A stretch of 64,000 nt of DNA. Origin: Antedon mediterranea. Its lineage: Eukaryota > Animalia > Echinodermata. The notes under the pieces were generated by a model. The model had not been told where the DNA came from and searched no databases. It saw nothing but the letters and a program-made list of their open reading frames with translations. The stretch covers positions 16,402,948-16,466,947 of the forward strand of contig NC_092673.1 of assembly GCF_964355755.1 (NCBI RefSeq), written 5' to 3'. The position numbers were made by a program, and so were the translations under genes. Of the stretch, positions 49,501 through 63,576 are shown in pieces (within the stretch, counting starts at the first letter, position 1; every line of letters begins with the position of its first letter).

Positions 49501-52500
49501 CTAAAATGCACTGCTTCCCCAGGGCTGTTAGTCAGGGTATTTGTGTGGGGTATTGTACTACCTTACCTTATGATCCATTTATTAATAGACTAAAATGCAC
49601 TGCTTCCCCAGGGCTGTTAGTCAGGGTATTTGTGTGGGGTATTGTACTACCTTACTTTATGATCCATTTATTAATAGACTAAAATGCACTGCTTCCCCAG
49701 GGCTGTTAGTCAGGGTATTTGTGTGGGGTATTGTACTACCTTACTTTATGATCCATTTATTAATAGACTAAAATGCACTGCTTCCCAGCAGGGCTGTTAG
49801 ACAGGGTATTTGTGTGGGGTATTGTACTACCTTACTTTATGATCCATTTATTAATAGACTAAATGCACTGCTTCCCCAGGGCTGTTAGTCAGGGTATTTG
49901 TGTGGGGTATTGTACTACCTTACTTTATGATCCATTTATTACTAGAGTAAAATGCACTGCTTCCCCAGGGCTGTTAGACAGGGTATTTGTGTGGGGGTAT
50001 TGTACTACCTTACTTTATGATCCATTTATTAATAGACTAAAATGCACTGCTTCCCCAGGGCTGTTAGTCAGGGTATTTGTGTGGGGTATTGTACTACCTT
50101 ACTTTATGATCCATTTATTAATAGACTAAAATGCACTGCTTCCCCAGGGCTGTTAGTCAGGGTATTTGTGTGGGGTATTGTACTACCTTACTTTATGATC
50201 CATTTATTAATAGACTAAAACGCACTGCTTCCCCAGGGCTGTTAGTCAGGGTATTTGTGTGGGGTATTGTACTACCTTACTTTATGATCCATTTATTAAT
50301 AGACTAAAATGCACTGCTTCCCCAGGGCTGTTAGTCAGGGTATTTGTGTGGGGTATTGTACTACCTTACTTTATGATCCATTTATTAATAGACTAAATGC
50401 ACTGCTTCCCCAGGGCTGTTAGTCAGGGTATTTGTGTGGGGTATTGTACTACCTTACTTTATGATCCATTTATTAATAGACTAAAATGCACTGCTTCCCC
50501 AGGGCTGTTAGTCAGGGTATTTGTGTGGGGTATTGTACTACCTTACTTTATGATCCATTTATTAATAGACTAAAATGCACTGCTTCCCCAGGGCTGTTGA
50601 GTCAGGGTATTTGTGTGTGGTATTGTACTGCCTTACTTTATGATCCATTTATTAATAGACTAAATGCACTGCTTCCCCAGGGCTGTTAGTCAGGGTATTT
50701 GTGTGGGGTATTGTACTACCTTACTTTATGATCCATTTATTAATAGACTAAATGCACTGCTTCCCCAGGGCTGTTAGTCAGGGTATTTGTGTGGGGTATT
50801 GTACTACCTTACTTTATGATCCATTTATTAATAGACTAAAATGCACTGCTTCCCAGCAGGGCTGTTAGACAGGGTATTTGTGTGGGGTATTGTACTACCT
50901 TACTTTATGATCCATTTATTAATAGACTAAATGCACTGCTTCCCCAGGGCTGTTAGTCAGGGTATTTGTGTGGGGTATTGTACTACCTTACTTTATGATC
51001 CATTTATTACTAGAGTAAAATGCACTGCTTCCCCAGGGCTGTTAGACAGGGTATTTGTGTGGGGGTATTGTACTACCTTACTTTATGATCCATTTATTAA
51101 TAGACTAAAATGCACTGCTTCCCCAGGGCTGTTAGTCAGGGTATTTGTGTGGGGTATTGTACTACCTTACTTTATGATCCATTTATTAATAGACTAAAAT
51201 GCACTGCTTCCCCAGGGCTGTTAGTCAGGGTATTTGTGTGGGGTATTGTACTACCTTACTTTATGATCCATTTATTAATAGACTAAAACGCACTGCTTCC
51301 CCAGGGCTGTTAGTCAGGGTATTTGTGTGGGGTATTGTACTACCTTACTTTATGATCCATTTATTAATAGACTAAAATGCACTGCTTCCCCAGGGCTGTT
51401 AGTCAGGGTATTTGTGTGGGGTATTGTACTACCTTACTTTATGATCCATTTATTAATAGACTAAATGCACTGCTTCCCCAGGGCTGTTAGTCAGGGTATT
51501 TGTGTGGGGTATTGTACTACCTTACTTTATGATCCATTTATTAATAGACTAAAATGCACTGCTTCCCCAGGGCTGTTAGTCAGGGTATTTGTGTGGGGTA
51601 TTGTACTACCTTACTTTATGATCCATTTATTAATAGACTAAAATGCACTGCTTCCCCAGGGCTGTTGAGTCAGGGTATTTGTGTGTGGTATTGTACTGCC
51701 TTACTTTATGATCCATTTATTAATAGACTAAATGCACTGCTTCCCCAGGGCTGTTAGTCAGGGTATTTGTGTGGGGTATTGTACTACCTTACTTTATGAT
51801 CCATTTATTAATAGACTAAATGCACTGCTTCCCCAGGGCTGTTAGTCAGGGTATTTGTGTGGGGTATTGTACTACCTTACTTTATGATCCATTTATTAAT
51901 AGACTAAAATGCACTGCTTCCCCAGGGCTGTTAGTCAGGGTATTTGTGTGGGGTATTGTATTACCTTACTTTATGATCCATTTATTAATAGACTAAAATG
52001 CACTGCTTCCCCAGGGCTGTTAGTCAGGGTATTTGTGTGGGGTATTGTACTACCTTACTTTATGATCCATTTATTAATAGACTAAAATGCACTGCTTCCC
52101 CAGGGCTGTTAGTCAGGGTATTTGTGTGGGGTATTGTACTACCTTACTTTATGGTCCATTTATTAATAGACTAAAATGCACTGCTTCCCCAGGGCTGTTA
52201 GTCAGGGTATTTGTGTGGGGTATTGTACTACCTTACTTTATGGTCCATTTATTAATAGACTAAAATGCACTGCTTCCCCAGGGCTGTTAGACAGGGTATT
52301 TGTGTGGGGTATTGCACTACCTTACTTTATGATCCATTTATTAATAGACTAAAATGCACTGCTTCCCCAGGGCTGTTAGACAGGGTATTTGTGTGGGGTA
52401 TTGTACTACCTTACTTTATGATCCATTTATTAATAGACTAAATGCACTGCTTCCCCAGGGCTGTTAGTCAGGGTATTTGTGTGGGGTATTGTACTACCTT

Positions 52501-54975
52501 ACTTTATGATCCATTTATTAATAGACTAAAATGCACTGCTTCCCCAGGGCTGTTAGTCAGGGTATTTGTGTGGGGTATTGTACTGCCTTACTGTATGATC
52601 CATTTATTAATAGACTAAATGCACTGCTTCCCCAGGGCTGTTAGTCAGGGTATTTGTGTGGGGTATTGTACTACCTTACTTTATGGTCCATTTATTAATA
52701 GACTAAAATGCACTGCTTCCCCAGGGCTGTTAGACAGGGTATTTGTGTGGGGTATTGCACTACCTTACTTTATGATCCATTTATTAATAGACTAAAATGC
52801 ACTGCTTCCCCAGGGCTGTTAGTCAGGGTATTTGTGTGGGGTATTGTACTACCTTACTTTATGATCCATTTATTAATAGACTAAAATGCACTGCTTCCCC
52901 AGGGCTGTTAGTCAGGGTATTTGTGTGGGGTATTGTACTACCTTACTTTATGATCCATTTATTAATAGACTAAAATGCACTGCTTCCCCAGGGCTGTTAG
53001 TCAGGGTATTTGTGTGGGGTATTGTACTACCTTACTTTATGATCCATTTATTAATAGACTAAAATGCACTGCTTCCCCAGGGCTGTTGAGTCAGGGTATT
53101 TGTGTGGGGTATTGTACTACCTTACTTTATGATCCATAGACTAAAATGCACTGCTTCCCCAGGGCTGTTAGTCAGGGTATTTGTGTGGGGTATTGTACTA
53201 CCTTACTTTATGATCCATAGACTAAAATGCACTGCTTCCCCAGGGCTGTTAGTCAGGGTATTTGTGTGGGGTATTGTACTACCTTACTTTATGATCCATT
53301 TATTAATAGACTAAAATGCACTGCTTCCCCAGGGCTGTTAGTCAGGGTATTTGTGTGGGGTATTGTACTACCTTACTTTATGATCCATTTATTAATAGAC
53401 TAAAATGCACTGCTTCCCCAGGGCTGTTGAGTCAGGGTATTTGTGTGGGGTATTGTACTACCTTACTTTATGATCCATAGACTAAAATGCACTGCTTCCC
53501 CAGGGCTGTTAGTCAGGGTATTTGTGTGGGGTATTGTACTACCTTACTTTATGATCCATAGACTAAAATGCACTGCTTCCCCAGGGCTGTTAGTCAGGGT
53601 ATTTGTTTGGGGTATTGTACTACCTTACTTTATGATCCATTTATTAATAGACTAAAATGCACTCCTTCCCCAGGGCTGTTAGTTAGTCAGGGTATTTGTG
53701 TGGGGTATTGTACAGCTATACCTAATACTTTATGATCCATTTATTAATAGACTAAAATGCACTGCTTCCCCAGGGCTGTTAGTCAGGGTATTTGTGTGGG
53801 GTATTGTACTACCTTACTTTATGATCCATTTATTAATAGACTAAAATGCACTTCTTCCCCAGGGCTGTTTAGTCAGGGTATTTGTGTGTGGTATTGTACT
53901 ACCTTACTTTATGATCCATTTATTAATAGACTAAAATGCACTGCTTCCCCAGGGCTGTTAGTCAGGGTATTTGTGTGGGGTATTGTACTACCTTACTTTA
54001 TGATCCATTTATTAATACTAAATAGACTAAAATGCACTGCTTCACCAGGGCTGTTAGTCAGGGTATTTGTGTGGGTATTGTACTACCTTACTTTATGATC
54101 CATTTATTAATAGACTAAAATGCACTGCTTCCCCAGGGCTGTTAGTCAGGGTATTTGTGTGGGGTATTGTACTACCTTACTTTATGATCCATTTATTAAT
54201 AGACTAAAATGCACTGCTTCCCAGGGCTGTTATTCAGGGTATTTGTGTGTGGTATTGTACTACCTTACTTTATGATCCATTTATTAATAGACTAAAATAC
54301 ACTGCTTCCCCAGGGTTGTTAGTCAGGGTATTTGTGTGGGGTATTGTACTACCTTACTTTATGATCCATTTATTAATAGACTAAAATGCACTGCTTCCTC
54401 AGGGCTGTGTTAGACAGGGTATTTGTGTGGGGTATTGTACTACCTTACTTTATGATCCATTTATTAATAGACTAAAATGCACTGCTTCCCCAGGGCTGTT
54501 AATCAAGGGTATTTGTGTGGGGTATTGTACTACCTTACTTTATGATCCATTTATTAATAGACTAAAATGCACTGCTTCCCCAGGGCTGTAATTCAGGGTG
54601 TTTGTGTGGGGTATTTGTACTACCTTACTTTATGATCCATTTATTAATAGACTAAAATGCACTGCTTCCCCAGGGCTGTTAGTCAGGGTATTTGTGTGGG
54701 GTATTGTACAACCTTACTTTATGATCCATTTATTAATAGACTAAAATGCACTGCTTCCCCAGGGCTGTTAGTCAGGGTATTTGTGTGGGGTATTGTACTA
54801 CCTTACTTTATGATCCATTTATTAATAGACTAAAATGCACTGCTTCCCCAGGGCTGTTAGTCAGGGTATTTGTGTGGGGTATTGTACAACCTTACTTTAT
54901 GATCCATTTATTAATAGACTAAAATGCACTGCTTCCCCAGGGCTGTTAGTCAGGGTATTTGTGTAGGGTATTGTA
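43590..54975 (+). repeat. 89-bp satellite array 1, ~128 copies
   Basis: Unit TATGATCCATTTATTAATAGACTAAAATGCACTGCTTCCCCAGGGCTGTTAGTCAGGGTATTTGTGTGGGGTATTGTACTACCTTACTT, highly homogeneous. Confidence 0.98.
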
Positions 54976-55013
54976 TAGTCTGGGTTCCAGACGGAGTTTT
55001 GTCTTAATATTAG
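54976..55013 (+). mobile_element. Isolated 5' end of the AcademH-like element
   Basis: TAGTCTGGGTTCCAGACGGAGTTTTGTCTTAATATTAG matches 28064-28101. Confidence 0.75.
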
Positions 55014-56250
55014 ATTAGATTATAAAGATAATAAATGTTTGCTAAAGTATTCTGACTGTATATAGACCCTGAACCAGACCAGATCAAATGTGAGATAACA
55101 AATTACCTATCAGAGGTCCCTGTAGCCCATTGAAATAAGACTAATTTTGACAAATATAGTCAGGGCCGTACACAGGATTTTATTTGGGTGGATGCGGATT
55201 AATATATTTTGGACCATTTTCATAATATTGAGTGAAGACGATAAGACCCTATAAAATGTGGACCTTTTGCAATTAGGGGGGGGGGGGGGTGTCATACCCT
55301 CCAACCTCCCGTCCCGCGTACGACCCTGATAGTATTGTGAATACCTGTTTTAATACCCACTTAGCGTATGTGGACTTGTATCAGAATGGATGACACCATT
55401 GCAGTAAATACATTACTAACCAATTAGTTAATGATATGACTAGAAACCTACTTAAACAAATTAATTTCAAAAAAATAAAAGTTACAGTTATTTGGCTTAA
55501 AAATATAATTTGTTATAAACTAGAAATCTAGCGAGTCAACAGCAAAGTAAAAGATTAGGTCTCTTTAGAATACAGTGTGTGGTATTATGTTTGGACACTA
55601 AGAAAACCAAGTGTTTATGGAAAATCTTTATAGCCTAAATACTTCTGGGGAATTAGAAGGTGATCCATGCAAACTTCAGAAGTTTAGAAGAAAATAAAGT
55701 GCAAAGGCTTTGCCACTATGGCTATGTCGAAAAAAACCCTTATGACATTTTCTTTAAAGAAATTTAATTTCTTAATTGTAGAAACAAACCCATTTTGAGT
55801 AAGAAATAGAAAAATGTGAAACTAGAGGATAAATTATGTTTTTTAATAATTTTTCTGTATATAACATACTCAACGTTTGACAATTTCATAGCTAAAACAA
55901 TTTTTGTCAGAGATTTTTCTTATGAAAAAAAGTAATTGTTCAGTAGGAGTTGTGATCAGGAATTGTGTTTCATTTCGGAATCCTTTTAGCCATGTTTGTT
56001 TTTTGTACTTGAGAAAAATGTTATGCAGATTGTCAACAAGCTTACATTGAGAAAAACAAGGGGCCTGATTATTATTAATGACCGTTGTGTGTTTATGTTT
56101 ACTGTTCGCCTGTTGCCCCTATACAGCCAAACAAATCCTATCAAAATCATTATCGTCAGTTTAATATTAACTTTGTATTTAAACAAAAGATAAAGTAAAA
56201 ATCATCTGATTGTTTGAATCATGTATAAAGGTTATAGAAATGTTTGGTTA
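55012..56250 (+). repeat. Segmental duplication, copy C (contains the empty site of the YR element)
   Basis: Colinear with 36785-37774 joined to 43076-43590. Confidence 0.9.
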
Positions 56251-59200
56251 TTACTTTATGATCCATTTATTAATAGACTAAAATGCACTGCTTCCTCAGG
56301 GCTGTTAGTCAGGGTATTTGTGTGGGGTATTGTACTACCTTACTTTATGATCCATTTATTAATAGACTAAAATGCACTGCTTCCCCAGGGCTGTTAGTCA
56401 GGGTATTTGTACTACCTTACTTTATGATCCATTTATTAATAGACTAAAATACACTGCTTCCCCAGGGCTGTTAGTCAGGGTATTTGTGTGGGGTACTGTA
56501 CTACCTTACTTTATGATTCATTTATTAATAGACTAAAATGCACTGCTTCCCCAGGGCTGTTAGTCAGGGTATTTGTGTGGGGTATTGTACTACCTTACTT
56601 TATGATCCATTTATTAATAGACTAAAATGCACTGCTTCCCCAGGGCTGTTAGTCAGGGTATTTGTGTGGGGTATTGTAGGCCTACTACCTTACTTTATGA
56701 TCCATTTATTAATAGACTAAAATGCACTGCTTCCCCAGGGCTGTTAGTCAGGGTATTTGTGTGGGGTATTGTACTACCTTACTTTATGATCCATTTATTA
56801 ATAGACTAAAATGCACTACTTCCCCAGGGCTGTTAGTCAGGGTATTTGTGTGGGGTATTGTACTACCTTACTTTATGATCCATTTATTAATAGACTAAAA
56901 TGCACTGCTTCCTCAGGGCTGTTAGTCAGGGTATTTGTGTGGGGTATTGTGCTACCTAACTTTATGATCCATTTATTATAGACTAAAATACACTGCTTCC
57001 CCAGGGCTGTTAGTCAGGGTATTTGTGTGGGGTACTGTACTACCTTACTTTATGATCCATTTATTCATAGACTAAAATGCACTGCTTCCCCAGGGCTGTT
57101 AGTCAGGGTATTTGTGTAGGGTATTGTACTATCTTACTTTATGATCCATTTATTAATAGACTAGAATGCACTGCTTCCCCGGGGCTGTTAGTCAGGGTAT
57201 TTGTGTGGGATATTGTACTACCTTACTTTATGATCCATTTATTAATAGACTAAAATGCACTGCTTTCCCAGGGCTGTTAGTCAGGGTATTTGTGTGGGGT
57301 ATTGTACTACCTTACTTTATGATCCATTTATTAATAGACTAGAATGCACTGCTTCCCCAGGGCTGTTAGTCAGTGTATTTGTGTGGGTATTGTACTACCT
57401 TACTTTATGATCCATTTACCGTATTAATAGACTAAAATGCACTGCTTCTCCAGGGCTGTTAGTCAGGGTATTTGGGTAGGATATTGTACTACCTTACTTT
57501 ATGATCCATTTATTAATAGACTAAAATGCACTGCTTCCCAGCAGGGCTGTTAGTCAGGGTATTTGTGTGGGTATTGTACTACCTTACTTTATGATCCATT
57601 TATTAATAGACTAAAATGCACTGCTTCCCCAGGGCTGTTAGTCAGGGTATTTGTGTGGGGTATTGTACTACCTTACTTTATGATCCATTTATTAATAGAC
57701 TAAAATGCACTGCTTCCCCAGGGCTGTTAGTCAGGGTATTTGTGTGGGGTATTGTACTACCTTACTTTATGATCCATTTATTAATAGACTAAAATGCACT
57801 GCTTCCCCAGGGCTGTTAGTCAGGGTATTTGTGTGGGGTATTGTACTACCTTACTTTATGATCCATTTATTAATAGACTAAAATGCACTGCTTCCCCAGG
57901 GCTGTTAGACAGTGTATTTGTGTGGGGTATTGTACTACCTTACTTTATGATCCATTTATTAATAGACTAAAATGCACTGCTTCCCCAGGGCTGTTAGTCA
58001 GGGTATTTGTGTGGGGTATTGTATTACCTTACTTTATGATCCATTTATTAATAGACTAAAATGCACTGCTTCCCCAGGGCTGTTAGTCAGGGTATTTGTG
58101 TGGGGTATTGTACTACCTTACTTTATGATCCATTTATTAATAGACTAAAATGCACTGCTTCCCAGCAGGGCTGTTAGTCAGGGTATTTGTGTGGGATATT
58201 GTATTACCTTACTTTATGATCCATTTATTAATAGACTAAAATACACTGCTTCCCCAGGGCTGTTAGTCAGGGTATTTGTGTGGGGTATTGTACTACCTTA
58301 CTTTATGATCCATTTATGAATAGACTAAAATGCACTGCTTCCCCAGGGCTGTTTAATAGTCAGGGTATTTGTGTGGGGTATTGTACTACCTTACTTTATG
58401 GTCCATTTATTAATAAAATGCACTGCTTCCCCAGGGCTGTTAGTCAGGTTATTTGTGTGGGATATTGTACTACCTTACTTTATGATCCATTTATTAATAG
58501 ACTAAAATGCACTGCTTCCCCAGGGCTGTTAGTCAGGGTATTTGTGTGGGATATTGTACTACCTTACTTTATGATCCATTTATTAATAGACTAAAATGCA
58601 CTGCTTCCCCAGGCCTGTTAGTCAGGGTATTTGTGTGGGGTATTGTACTACCTTACTTTATGATCCATTTATTAATAGACTAAAATGCACTGCTTCCCCA
58701 GGGCTGTTAGTCAGGGTATTTGTGTGGGGTATTGTACTACCTTACTTTATGATCCATTTATTAATAGACTAAAATGCACTGCTTCCCCAGGGCTGTTAGT
58801 CAGGGTATTTGTGTGGGGTATTGTACTACCTTACTTTATGATCCATTTATTAATAGACTAAAAAGCACTGCTTCCCCAGGGCTGTTAGTCAGGGTATTTG
58901 TGTGGGGTATTGTACTACCTTACTTTATGATCCATTTATTAATAGACTAAAATGCACTGCTTCCCAGGGCTGTTAGTCAGGGTATTTGTGTGGGGTATTG
59001 TACTACCTTACTTTATGATCCATTTATTAATAGACTAAAATGCACTGCTTCCCCAGGGCTGTTAGTCAGGGTATTTGTGTGGGGTATTGTACTACCTTAC
59101 TTTATGATCCATTTATTAATAGACTAAAATGCACTGCTTCCCCAGGGCTGTTAGCCAGGCTATTTGTGTGGGGTATTGTACTACCTTACTTTATGATCCA

Positions 59201-59448
59201 TTTATTAATAGACTAAAATGCACTGCTTCCCAGGGCTGTTAGTCAGGGTATTTGTGTGGGGTATTGTACTACCTTACTTTATGATCCATTTATTAATAGA
59301 CTAAAATGCACTGCTTCCCCAGGGCTGTTAGTCAGGCTATTTGTGTGGGGTATTGTACAACCTTACTTTATGATCCATTTATTAATAGACTAAAATGCAC
59401 TGCTTCCCCAGGGCTGTTAGTCAGGCTATTTGTGTGGGGTATTGTACA
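56250..59448 (+). repeat. 89-bp satellite array 2, ~36 copies
   Basis: Same unit and same left flank as array 1. Confidence 0.98.
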
Positions 59449-59488
59449 GTAGTAGAACAAAGACAACAGATATTTTCACAACACATAT

Positions 59489-61537
59489 GGGCAATTCCAC
59501 GGTAACGGAATTACAATTCACAATGATTTTCGGCCTTTTTTAACCAACCCACTAGATCTGGGTAAGCTTTGAATAATAAATTTGATATGTGTGTGTAGTA
59601 CACATACTTATCAATCTAAAACAGTCTACTTAAAAAAAAAAAAATTACAAAGTCTTTGATATTCTGCTAACTTTTATTTTGGTAACGGAATTACACAGAA
59701 AATTGATAATTCAATTTTTAACTTGAAACTTGTGATTCCGTCTGAATACCATAAACAACTGAAGATTATGGTTGGTATTAGAGTGTAGACCTAAGATGTG
59801 GCTAATTTATTAATACTCATTTACATTGGATATTTTCATAGTTTATCTGCATTTGGTTAGTTTTGTCTGGTGACGGAATTACATGACATGGTAACGGAAC
59901 TACGCGTCTGATTATTGATTCGAATAGAACATCAAATAATAATTTTTTCTATGTTTTTTAGTGTTCTCATGGAACTTTAACAATAATTGATGCCCATTTA
60001 AACCAGATTTTATAAAAATCATCACATGAATTGGTTGGATCTACCTACAGTACTATAATAATAAAAAAATGCGCCTATCTGTGGTTCACAGAGCTTAGTC
60101 AATATACCGTATGCATTATCTGTCCACTGTATTTATTTACGGTAAGTCATCTACATTATAACTAGAAACAAAATGTTCTGAATTTAAAAATTTTAACAAA
60201 TTGAATTGTGAAGCTTAATTTTCATTCTCATATTCAAGAGCCTGGCCAGAATTTCTCTAATATTATTCTTGCCGAAGTGCCTAAAACTACCCACTTTAAG
60301 CTTAGATCGTCATTGTTAATGTTATCGCTATTGAAGCTTAACTAGCTGTTGTACTGTACTACAGCCATCATCAAACTAACCATTATTAATAAGTTTATTC
60401 ACTACTGTCATCAGCTTTATGACTATTAACCTTCATCAACCTATTTTTATTCAGATGGATCCTTAAAAGTGGTGCTCGTATAGGGAATGAATTTGAATGA
60501 TTTTAGCATGATCGGAAATATAGTATCTACCGTATATTGTACTATGACTCTATATACTATGGATTTGTTTTGGAATTGGATTCATTATTTATTAATTAAT
60601 TGTTGATTAGCTTCATTTAGAAACAATTTATACAGTACTACTACTAAGACATATGTAGTGAATTAAGGTACAGTATATTACTGGTTACTGATAATGATAT
60701 TGGTTTGAGCATACCTAGTATTAGAAATAATATAAAGTAATTTAAGTTTTTATAAGCATTGGTTAGCTCATAGAAAGTATGTTTTATAAATGTTTTAAGT
60801 GATTTTGTGTAAAAAAATATTAAATTTCTACTATAAGTGATTCCATGGAACTGTTTTGGCCACTAGGAATTGGATTTATTATAAATAATCAATTAATTGT
60901 TGATTCCCTTCACTTAAAACCAATTTTATATGATTCAGAGACATTTATAGTAAATTAAGATACATTATTTTATACCTATACCCCCATGTAATTCCGTTAC
61001 CAAATGTAATTCCGTTACCAAATGTAATTCCGTTACCAAGTTTTCTACAAAATTAAAGAAGACCAAACAAAATGTGTAATTGGTATAGGTACAGTAAATG
61101 GGCATACCTAATTTTATAAGCATTGGTTAGCTCACAGGAAAACTTTAATTAATTTTTTGGTAACGGAATTACAAACCAATTTACTAGAAAATGAATGATT
61201 TCTTATAGAAAGTGGGAGATGCGACATGAAATTTTATATTAATATTAGTGTTTTAGAGACCATGAACTCAAATAAGTAGAATAATTAAAGTCAAGGGTTT
61301 AAGTTAAGTACAGTACATAGTTTAGGATTGTCTAATTCCAGCTTTTTTTTCAGTTTCAAATTTCAAATTACACATTCGACAAGGCAAGCAATTTTTTTAA
61401 GAAATGTGAATTAATAAAACAAAAATTTTAGTTTGAACTAAATTCCACACATATTAGTAAACAAAAAATAACACTTAAGTGTAGGTTCATGTAGATTTAA
61501 AAATTGATGATTTTGGTCTTCCAATGGAGAATTGCCC
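59489..61537. mobile_element. Non-autonomous Sola-like DNA element
   Basis: GGGCAATTC..GAATTGCCC termini, 4-bp TSD ATAT, many GGTAACGGAATTAC motifs in both orientations. Confidence 0.7.
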
Positions 61538-61651
61538 ATATATTTTTTTGGTTTAATATTTAGTTCTGTAGTTCTAATGCTTTACAGTATAATTCACATG
61601 ACAGAAGATTGTGAAAATCATCAGTTGAATCAGTAAGTTTGTCTAATACAG

Positions 61652-62492
61652 TACCAGCATAACATATTGTCACACTCATTTTGGCAGAAATACACCAGGA
61701 GTAGATCCAGGATTTAGAGGGGAGTGCTAATAGTAATAATAGACTGGGGAAAGAACCCTAGGTCATGTGGTTATATTACCAGCATAACATAATGTCACAC
61801 TCATTTTGGCAAAAATACACCAGGACTAGATCCAGGATTTAGAGGGGAGTGCTAATAGTAATAATAGACTGGGGAAAGAACCCTAGGTCATGTGGTTATA
61901 TTACCAGCATAACATAACATATTGTCACACTCATTTTGGCAGAAATACACCAGGAGTAGATCCAGGGTTTAGAGGGGAGTGCTAATAGTAATAATAGACT
62001 GGGGAAAGAACCCTAGGTCCTGTGGTTATATTACCAGCATAACATAATGTCACACTCATTTTGGCAAAAATACACCAGGACTAGATCAAGGATTTAGAGG
62101 GGAGTGCTAATAGTAATAATAGACTGGGGAAAGAACCCTAGGCCCTGTGGTTATATTACCAGCATAACATATTGTCACACTCATTTTGGCAGAAATACAC
62201 CAGGAGTAGATCCAGGATTTAGAGGGGAGTGCTAATAGTAATAATAGACTGGGGAAAGAACCCTAGAGCCTGTGGTTATATTACCTGCATAACATATTGT
62301 CACACTCATTTTGGCAGAAATACACCAGGAGTAGATCCAGGATTTAGAGGAGAGGGATAATAATAGACTGGGGAAAGAAGCCTAGGCCCCGTGGTTATAT
62401 TACCTGCATAACATATTGCCACACTCATTTTGGTAGAAATACACCTGGAGTAGATCCAGAATTTAGAGGGGAGGGCTAATAATAGACTGGGG
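61652..62492 (+). repeat. 125-bp tandem repeat, ~6.7 copies
   Basis: Units start at 61652, 61777, 61902, 62032, 62157, 62282 and 62401. Confidence 0.95.
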
Positions 62493-63100
62493 ACCTGTTT
62501 CTGCTGCATAGAAATAACCGGTTAAAATCGGTGTGAATAAATTAAAATCGATGTGAATAAATTAATTCCATTTTCTTGGCAGCAGAAACAGGACAAATTT
62601 GTGGTAACCGGTTAAAAGGCAGCGCAAAATCACCGGTTAAAAACACCAATTTAAATCGGTGTTAGAACGCCGTTTAACCGGTTATCGCTGAGCAATTCTT
62701 AGCTGCAACATGAAATAACGGTTATTTGATTGACAGTTGTGACCCCGGGTCAGATACCGTCGCGTACCATGTATGTTTTCCTCGTGGTTTTGACAGTCGA
62801 ACGAAGAAGTGAACATGTATGTGGATGAATGAAATCACAAGATATGTTATTCAGTTGTGGGAGAAAAAGAAAGTACGTGGAAGGATGGCAGGCAATAGAA
62901 AAGATTCACAGAATAAGAGCATTCTTGCGAAAGTAAAAGAGGAATTCGGGGTGGAGTTCCGGACTACCCAAGCTAAACAATTTGAGGCGTTAATACATGC
63001 CCGCGAAGGGTATGGTCCTATAAACACCAAAACGGAAACAAAAGGGACTCAGAATATTGCAAATACCTACCAAACGACAATAGATAATGGTTAATTAAAT
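62490..63100 (+). mobile_element. Probable PIF/Harbinger-type fragment with a Myb/SANT-like ORF remnant (62819-63094)
   Basis: Subterminal AACCGGTT/AAATCGGT motif cluster; W..EITRYVIQLW..N..I..K pattern. Resemblance only. Confidence 0.45.
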
Positions 63101-63319
63101 ATGAAAACCCAAATTTTATAGCAAAAATCGTTCGAATTTATGTTAAAAACGATGAATTTGCAACAAAAACTGAAACCAAACAAGCATATTTATGGCACGC
63201 CCTTAGTGCCTTTAGTAGGAGAACAATGAACAATCTTACTTTGATCGTTTTACATTTTTTAGAAAAACATCACATCGACCGAAAACAAAGGTTATCAGAG
63301 CCTTTGATAATATATTAAA

Positions 63320-63576
63320 TATACATACATACATACATATACCATATTTAATGAGGGTGATCCATCCAGCTATTGCTGATCATTAGGGACCCTCAGAGGT
63401 TCACAAGACAAACATATACACAAGATGCTCTACAACTACATAAACAAAGTCTTATTACAAGTCTTTGGGAGTGGAGTAATTTGGTCCTTAGAAAAAATCC
63501 TGACATGTGACGGGACTCGAACCCAGGACCCTTAGAGTGGTAGCCAAGCATCATAACCACCAAGCCACAACTCCAC
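63320..63576 (-). mobile_element. tRNA-derived SINE
   Basis: Head with A box TGGCTTGGTGG and B box GGTTCGAGTCC, 3' stem-loop, (TATG)n tail. Confidence 0.85.

Noticed and set aside
43558-59448. Many ORFs (MHCFPRAVSQG...) and a superficially CRISPR-like regular array
   Set aside because: The 89-bp unit is not a multiple of 3 and has stops; there are no unique spacers and no cas genes. It is a plain satellite.
63506-63576. tRNA gene
   Set aside because: A and B boxes are present but the acceptor stem is poor, and it continues into a SINE body and tail.
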